A stretch of 21,312 bases of DNA from a virus. Shown here one piece after another: positions 8,050 through 13,899 of this stretch. The stretch's first letter is position 1. Every line of letters begins with the position of its first letter. The notes under the pieces were generated by a model that did not search any database, was not told the DNA's origin, and worked only from the letters and a program-made list of their open reading frames with translations. The stretch is from the UHGV virus genome UHGV-1468037, one strand, 5' to 3'. Position numbers and translations under genes: made by a program.

Positions 8050-8149
8050 CGCCGGGTCCTTTGTAGCCGGTTACGCCAACCCTGCACAGTTCACCACCAA
8101 CCGATTGGCGTCGGTAGTGGTGATTAACCTAACTACAAAGGTGATCACT

Positions 8150-8836
8150 ATGACTGCTAACGTAACCCCATCTGTTTTTCATTTTGAATCAGAAGCAACC
8201 ATTCGAGCCATTGTTATTGATGGAAATCCTTGGTTTGTTGCCAAAGACGTTATTAAAGCTCTTCAACTGACAAACCCCACTATGTCAATAAAATCTCTTG
8301 ATGATGATGAAAGGGCTAAATTTAACTTAGGCCGTCAAGGCGAAACCAATATTATCAACGAGTCAGGCCTCTACACACTGATCCTCCGCTGCCGCGACGC
8401 AGTGACACCAGGCACTATCCCCTACCGCTTTCGCAAATGGGTTACAGGTGAGGTTCTTCCTCAGATCCGCCGCACCGGAAGCTACATTAAAAACTCGCTC
8501 CCGCAGGAAGAGCGCATAAAGATGGTTGCCGACCAGGTAGCCAACGCCACGGCGTCAGCAGTAATGCAGGCGATGAAGATAGAGAACAAAACCTACAGTG
8601 CCCCACTGAAGCCAGGCTACCGCAGTCTGATTCATTCGCCGTCGGGTGTTCTCGGCCTGACGGAGAACTCATTGCTGATGAATCTGCTGAATCAGTTGCA
8701 GGACGACGGGCATGATGTATCGGGCGCGGCGGCGGAACTGACCACCATGTTCTGCTACATCGTCGGTGTGAGCAAATGCCTGCGTGATATCCAGACGCAC
8801 GCGGAGTACATCAACGACAAGGCAGGGTTCTTCTGA
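8150..8836 (+). CDS. Antirepressor-like protein with N-terminal BRO-N domain and C-terminal antirepressor-type domain
   Basis: 228 aa from ATG 8150 (AAGG 8 nt upstream). N-terminus matches the BRO-N pattern (IDGNPWFVAKDV...INESGLYTLIL...FRKWVTGEVLPQIRRTGSY). The longer ORF from 7997 would include the hairpin leader and lacks an RBS. Confidence 0.75.
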   Translation: MTANVTPSVFHFESEATIRAIVIDGNPWFVAKDVIKALQLTNPTMSIKSLDDDERAKFNLGRQGETNIINESGLYTLILRCRDAVTPGTIPYRFRKWVTGEVLPQIRRTGSYIKNSLPQEERIKMVADQVANATASAVMQAMKIENKTYSAPLKPGYRSLIHSPSGVLGLTENSLLMNLLNQLQDDGHDVSGAAAELTTMFCYIVGVSKCLRDIQTHAEYINDKAGFF

Positions 8837-8845
8837 CAGAACGGC

Positions 8846-8868
8846 GGCACAGGGATGTGCCTTTAAAT
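8846..8868 (+). terminator. Weak terminator-like hairpin after ant-like gene
   Basis: GGCACA-GGGA-TGTGCC followed by TTTAAATAATT. The T-run is short, so termination is probably partial. Confidence 0.3.
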
Positions 8869-8908
8869 AATTCTGTACAGATTGCAGACTGTGGGTGAAT
8901 AGCGTACT

Positions 8909-8925
8909 ATTACCTTAAAGGTAAA
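8909..8925. promoter_or_regulatory. Dyad motif copy 4 (ATTACC TTAAA GGTAAA)
   Basis: Core identical to copy 2. Abuts the Shine-Dalgarno AAGGAGG of the 55 aa gene. Confidence 0.5.
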
Positions 8926-8936
8926 GGAGGCGCGAT

Positions 8937-9104
8937 ATGACAGCGTTGAAAAATCGTACTCAGCACAATGAACAAGCCAAGCAATGCTGGGATGTCATTG
9001 GAAAAGTTATGCTTGGCCGCGCAAGCAAAGAGCGCGACAAGGATATGGTTTACCAGACAGGAACATCTTTCAGCGACTTCAAGGCGGCATTTCGCTCCAA
9101 ATAG
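8937..9104 (+). CDS. Small basic protein (55 aa), unknown function
   Basis: Not in the ORF track (<60 aa). ATG 8937 is preceded by a consensus SD AAGGAGG with 6-nt spacing. Translated by hand: MTALKNRTQHNEQAKQCWDVIGKVMLGRASKERDKDMVYQTGTSFSDFKAAFRSK. TAG stop at 9102-9104. Confidence 0.55.
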   Translation: MTALKNRTQHNEQAKQCWDVIGKVMLGRASKERDKDMVYQTGTSFSDFKAAFRSK

Positions 9105-9124
9105 AAGCACATTAGGAGTTTGTC

Positions 9125-9565
9125 TTGAAGTTTAACATTAGAATATCTAATAGTTTTCTAAATGGGGAAAGCAACACCCCTTTCGCTGTAGACGGACCTT
9201 TCCTTACTGACGATGAAATAAAAATCATACAAAGGTTTTTAGAAGATGTTGCCAATGGAAGGGCGCTTGTTGGAAAAAACAAGCCATCGTGGGTTGATGA
9301 TAACCATGATAAAATTCCCGGCTCAGACAATTATGAGCAAGAGAATTATTGGCATTATCATTGTGGGCCAACATGGTATCCAAACACATTTAAGAATTAT
9401 ACCATTAACTTAAATTTCAACCCTGGCGGAATGCATTCTAATGAATGCATTCATTATGCAAAAAATGATAATGAAATTGTCGTTGTTGGATTTTCAAGAG
9501 AACACATACCTTTCCTTTCATCAGATGGAAACGACAATCCGCTTTTTTATGATGAAGAAGAATAG
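9125..9565 (+). CDS. Hypothetical protein (146 aa) with acidic C-terminus, unknown function
   Basis: TTG start with AGGAG 6 nt upstream; 20 nt after the stop of the 55 aa gene, so probably an operon. Strongly AT-rich codon usage. No signal peptide. Followed by a strong terminator. Confidence 0.6.
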   Translation: MKFNIRISNSFLNGESNTPFAVDGPFLTDDEIKIIQRFLEDVANGRALVGKNKPSWVDDNHDKIPGSDNYEQENYWHYHCGPTWYPNTFKNYTINLNFNPGGMHSNECIHYAKNDNEIVVVGFSREHIPFLSSDGNDNPLFYDEEE

Positions 9566-9588
9566 CCCGCGGCGCGGGCTTTTTTGTG
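9564..9588 (+). terminator. Rho-independent terminator after the 146 aa gene
   Basis: Stem AGCCCGC / GCGGGCT with a 3-nt loop, followed by TTTTT. Confidence 0.75.
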
Positions 9589-9625
9589 TCTGCGGATTCC
9601 CACCCAGGCGGCGGTGGCATTCGTT

Positions 9626-9650
9626 AAAAACAAGGCCGCGAAAGCGGCCT
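9626..9650 (-). terminator. Rho-independent terminator after the 283 aa minus-strand gene
   Basis: Stem AGGCCGC / GCGGCCT with loop GAAA; the plus-strand A-run (9626-9630) gives a T-run on the minus strand. Same stem sequence as the hairpin at 7011-7028. Confidence 0.6.
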
Positions 9651-9656
9651 GTTTGA

Positions 9657-10508
9657 TCACTGTGCAGTTTTCGCTGATCGATTTTCAGCTCTAAATTCAA
9701 GAACCGTTTCAATATTTCTTTCCTTCAGCATATCAATAACATTTTTATTCATTTGACTATCACTGGTTAATAACTGGTAAACGTTGCTTCTCTCTTTATC
9801 AGAGTTTTCTTTAACAGCTGCTTTGCATGCCAAATGCTTATTGAAATTTTCTACATCGCTAGTACAGGAATTTACGGCTGCTGATGAAATATCAGACGCT
9901 GAAGAAACACCGTCATCCAAACGTTTTATAGCATTTTCTATACATGAGTTAAGGGAATAAACGACAACTGAGCGATACCCTTCAGACGCACACCATTCTA
10001 AATTTCTTGAAGGATCGAGTGGTTTTACTTCGCTGGATTGAATTAACTTGTCAAAAACTGACTTATATTCAATCTGTTTTTTATCTATAGCCCATACTTC
10101 AGTAGCTGATTTATAATTCCCCGTATGCCTATTAACATCAAATCCATGTTTTATAAGCAAATCTGCCCATGAAAGATTTATTGATTCATTGTTATGAGGC
10201 CATTTTCCTGTCAGAACCGCCCCCATAGACCCCATATATCCGCCATATGATGGTATAGCACCATGGCTCAGTAACTTCTCTGCAACCACAGGGCAATTAA
10301 TTACATAAGAGGCGTAAAGCCCATTCCATAAAGCCCCTCTATAGTAATCGCCACGATTAGGTTCTTTTAAGTCGATAGCCTTTGATAATTGTTCGCACGT
10401 TTTGCATGCATCAAAGTTATCCTTATTGCATTGCAATGAACTGGCAGCTGTAGGATTTACAGAGACTATTGAAAGCACTATGCCAAAAAACAAATTTATT
10501 TTTTTCAT
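9657..10508 (-). CDS. Secreted cysteine-rich protein (283 aa), unknown function; accessory (moron) gene
   Basis: Sec-type signal peptide MKKINLFFGIVLSIVSVNPTAAS. Many Cys in the mature part. AT-rich codon usage unlike the neighbouring virion genes. Start codon 1 nt after the stop of the 1129 aa gene, so likely translationally coupled. Confidence 0.7.
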   Translation of the reverse strand: MKKINLFFGIVLSIVSVNPTAASSLQCNKDNFDACKTCEQLSKAIDLKEPNRGDYYRGALWNGLYASYVINCPVVAEKLLSHGAIPSYGGYMGSMGAVLTGKWPHNNESINLSWADLLIKHGFDVNRHTGNYKSATEVWAIDKKQIEYKSVFDKLIQSSEVKPLDPSRNLEWCASEGYRSVVVYSLNSCIENAIKRLDDGVSSASDISSAAVNSCTSDVENFNKHLACKAAVKENSDKERSNVYQLLTSDSQMNKNVIDMLKERNIETVLEFRAENRSAKTAQ

Positions 10509-10509
10509 C

Positions 10510-13500
10510 CTATTTCATCTGCTCTTCAACTTTATTTAGTAATGGTGATATCGCCCACAGATTCTGAAAAGGTAGCATTTTACGGACAGCGTGGGTTTGC
10601 TGGCTGTCAAATTCTCCGTTAAGTACACCATTTGCAACCGTCGCGGCATCACCGCCAAGATCAAAGGTAGGACCAAGTAAAGCACCAATAGCATTACGAC
10701 TCTGAAACCTTGATACCGGAGGCGCACCAAACATCGCGCCAAGACCAAACCTACCGCCGCTTATGTTCTCAACGGTATTCAGCGGCTCAGAGAGCCAGCC
10801 AAGCATTCCGCCCCGGTCGATCCCCTCTTTCACAAGGTTATTCCAGCTGTAGTCGATATCGCGACCGCTTAACTTCTGTTTCATCATATAGACCATTGAG
10901 CCAAGCGCAATCGTGCCAAGCGCACCAAGATAGAATGCAGCATCGCCCTGCTGGATACCAGATACCAGCACCCTGTTATGCTGTGCGAAGATAAACGTTT
11001 TGAACTGCGTGATCATCTTCCAGCCTTCTTTACTAAAAAACAGCGGTGTATCACCTACGCCAGGCGTTACAATCACTGAGTCTACATCTTTCAGCACTGC
11101 AGACTGGAAAATCTCTCTAGCGAAACGGTCATCCCACAGATGACTATGCCCGGTTAACAGCCCGTCCATATCCTCTCCGTGCTTCCCGAATTGCTCCCCG
11201 ATTCGGCGCAGAACATCTTCATTGATGCCGACCTGTGCCATCTTCCGCATTTCACTTTTGGAGAGCGTGCCACCAGCAGAAACTTGGCGAGCCGCGTCAA
11301 GTATCCTCGACTGCACTATCATCCCAGACCATGATTTAAGTGCGCTGTTCCACTGATTCATCAGCGTCCAGTTACCGAATTTCTGCGTCATCCAGTTCAG
11401 ACCTCGCTCAGCGGCGCTTCTCCGGCTATAGGGGTCAGTAAGATCCGCTATAGCCTTTGTACGCGTAGACAGGACATAATCAAGCCCAACTGCCATTTCT
11501 CGCAAATCCCTGGTTGCAATTTTCACTGAGTCCATATTTTTAAGCATGCTTACCATTGGTCCGAGAGATTTTCTCAGGCCATGCTGCATCATCGGTCGCA
11601 TCAGATCAGTTGCAGCGGAGACAGTCATTCCACCAAGCAAACGGAGGAAGTTAATATTCCTAGCAACTCGCCCGGCACGAACAAAGAAACTGCGTGGATC
11701 TTGAGGTGCACCGTAAGTACCAAGCAGTCGATCACGCATAGCCGTAATATCCCTAATATCAGCCTCCCGTTGCTTCTCAAGAACTGCACGTCGTTTAGGT
11801 GTTTTAGCCTCTTTTATTAGCCGGGTATATTCCTCACTAACCTGACGGATTTGCTCCCCCATATCTTTACGGCCAAACTGCGCAGTCAGCTCAATTTCTG
11901 GTGCCACCTGCCGGAGATAACTTTCCATGATGTAGTTAACATCTGATTCAAGAAAATCTTCTATACGCTCATCAGGAATAAGCAGCGTTCTGCTTTTAGT
12001 GAAACCAGCCCGACCAACGAGTCTCTCTGGGATAATATCGGCTGGTACAAGCCCGGAAGGTGCGCCTATTATTTTATTCACGATCTCGTCAGCAGCGTCC
12101 TCTGCTTCCTCTCGGGATAGAGGCTCCATCTGCTTCAGTGCTCGCTCGCGGCTTGCATTCAGCCTTGTGGTTGAATTTGCCCGTTTTTGCAGTCGGCGAA
12201 GCTCAGAACGATATTTCCGTGGATTATCCAGCAACTCCATATGGCGCTGATAGACAGGAAGCTCACTCTTTGCCTGCGCTATATCATCAAGGCGTGTTTT
12301 AAGGTCAGAGCTTTCTTTCATCATTCTTGCCTGAAGTTTTTCTGATGAAGTCTCGGCCAACTCTTTTTCTATTCTTGTAAGACGCGCCTGTGTGTCAGTC
12401 TCCTGAGATATAAGCTTATTTCGTTTATCCAGTTCTTCCATGAGTAGAATTTTTTTACCAGACCATTTCTCCGCTTCAGCGATTTCACTAGCGAGAGCAT
12501 CAGCGCGCGGTGCTGATTCCTCTGCAGTTTTTAGCAATGAATTTATCTTTTCAATTCGCTGACCTGCTTTGTCAGCACCTTTGGCACTAATCCCTTGTAT
12601 CCAGTTGGCAATTCGCCCTCTGAATTCAGTGCGGTCGGAAAGTATCTTATCGAACTTATAAATGCGGGGAAGATAACTCTTCGCCGTCACGACATCGATA
12701 TCCTCAGGAAGGATCCCCAATTCCTGCATACGGGCTTTTGTGGTCTCAAAAATGGGGCGGATTCTGGCGGCTGCTTGTGAAACCTCAGGAATATCACTCT
12801 GATCACCACGGCGCATAGCCATGCCAACAGCTTCATTGAAATCAATAAAGTTCATCCTCTTCACGCCGCGGGCGCTGACAGATTTGCTGTACTGCTGGTA
12901 AGCATCACGAGTAGCTTCCATCTGCTTATAAAGCATGGCGTCGTATTGCTTAATCTTAGTCTCGACTGCCGTAAACGTAGCCAACCCCTCATCATTTTTG
13001 GCGAAGAAATAGTTATTTTCGGCAAGCTGCTGGTTAATCTGACGGGAGACAAGAGATGGTGATTGCGCCAAGCGGCCAGCAGGAGTGACACTCAACGTTT
13101 TGTTAGCAAGTCCAAGTCCAGCGAGCTGTTCCTGATCGAGTGTGGTATTGAAAACCTGAGCTGCACCAATGCTTTGAGGAGAATCCATACCTCGCAAATG
13201 ATTACCTACTGAGTTAACCACTGCCTCGCGCGCGCTAGGTCCAGCAAGTAGCTGTGCACCAGCACCAAGGATCCCACCAACGAGAGCATCAACAACAACG
13301 TTCGATACGCTCTCCATCGGTGAGCGAGCTTCCTGAGTGGCCTGTAATGCGGCTTCTGATACTCCCCCACCAGCAGCATTCGCCAGGGCAAAACGCCCTG
13401 CCGTCTCAGCAATACTTCCTCCACGCGCTACCGCCCCTACAGGGATGAACATTGCAGCCACATTAACCGGGTCTATCATTCCCATTGCTAAGCTTGAAAT

Positions 13501-13899
13501 AGTACCAGCACCACCCATTTCAGATAGATATTCTCTATCTGTTCTTTGCTTATCGATTCGATGTTTAATTGCCATTGTTTCTTCATGCGAACCGGAGTTG
13601 ATAAACGAATCTGCAAAATCTTCATAGCCTTTAATATCTGCTGCATCGTTATCAAATGGGTTATATCCTTCAACCCTGTCAAACTGACTGAAAGGAGCAC
13701 TGGCAATAAAGCTACCCAGCGTGTTATCTATACGAAATGCTGCTTGTCTAGACCTTTGAACGCGTTGATCACTGGTAAATGGGTTCACAGCAGAAAGCAA
13801 AGAAGGTGTTTCCATATAGAAATTACTGTCATCAGGTGCTGCTATTTGCTGAATATCCTCGCCAAGCAACTCTTTAGGATCCTGTTCATATATCGGCAT
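10510..13899 (-). CDS. Large internal virion/ejection protein (T7 gp16-position analog)
   Basis: 1129 aa. Last and largest of four consecutive overlapping genes following the tail-tube genes. Gly/Ala-rich and coiled-coil segments. No recognisable enzymatic motif seen by eye. Confidence 0.6.
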   Translation of the reverse strand: MPIYEQDPKELLGEDIQQIAAPDDSNFYMETPSLLSAVNPFTSDQRVQRSRQAAFRIDNTLGSFIASAPFSQFDRVEGYNPFDNDAADIKGYEDFADSFINSGSHEETMAIKHRIDKQRTDREYLSEMGGAGTISSLAMGMIDPVNVAAMFIPVGAVARGGSIAETAGRFALANAAGGGVSEAALQATQEARSPMESVSNVVVDALVGGILGAGAQLLAGPSAREAVVNSVGNHLRGMDSPQSIGAAQVFNTTLDQEQLAGLGLANKTLSVTPAGRLAQSPSLVSRQINQQLAENNYFFAKNDEGLATFTAVETKIKQYDAMLYKQMEATRDAYQQYSKSVSARGVKRMNFIDFNEAVGMAMRRGDQSDIPEVSQAAARIRPIFETTKARMQELGILPEDIDVVTAKSYLPRIYKFDKILSDRTEFRGRIANWIQGISAKGADKAGQRIEKINSLLKTAEESAPRADALASEIAEAEKWSGKKILLMEELDKRNKLISQETDTQARLTRIEKELAETSSEKLQARMMKESSDLKTRLDDIAQAKSELPVYQRHMELLDNPRKYRSELRRLQKRANSTTRLNASRERALKQMEPLSREEAEDAADEIVNKIIGAPSGLVPADIIPERLVGRAGFTKSRTLLIPDERIEDFLESDVNYIMESYLRQVAPEIELTAQFGRKDMGEQIRQVSEEYTRLIKEAKTPKRRAVLEKQREADIRDITAMRDRLLGTYGAPQDPRSFFVRAGRVARNINFLRLLGGMTVSAATDLMRPMMQHGLRKSLGPMVSMLKNMDSVKIATRDLREMAVGLDYVLSTRTKAIADLTDPYSRRSAAERGLNWMTQKFGNWTLMNQWNSALKSWSGMIVQSRILDAARQVSAGGTLSKSEMRKMAQVGINEDVLRRIGEQFGKHGEDMDGLLTGHSHLWDDRFAREIFQSAVLKDVDSVIVTPGVGDTPLFFSKEGWKMITQFKTFIFAQHNRVLVSGIQQGDAAFYLGALGTIALGSMVYMMKQKLSGRDIDYSWNNLVKEGIDRGGMLGWLSEPLNTVENISGGRFGLGAMFGAPPVSRFQSRNAIGALLGPTFDLGGDAATVANGVLNGEFDSQQTHAVRKMLPFQNLWAISPLLNKVEEQMK

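Noticed and set aside
7997-8149. N-terminal extension of the ant-like ORF (start at 7997), and the overlapping 69 aa ORF 7795..8004
   Set aside because: The extension has no RBS, begins within the T-run of a hairpin and covers the GC-rich stem-loops and dyad sites. The ATG at 8150 with an AAGG RBS gives a protein that starts right at the BRO-N domain.
8873-8888. Possible second LexA box (CTGTACAGATTGCAGA)
   Set aside because: The right half-site is CAGA instead of ACAG at the required spacing; it does not fit CTGT-N8-ACAG.
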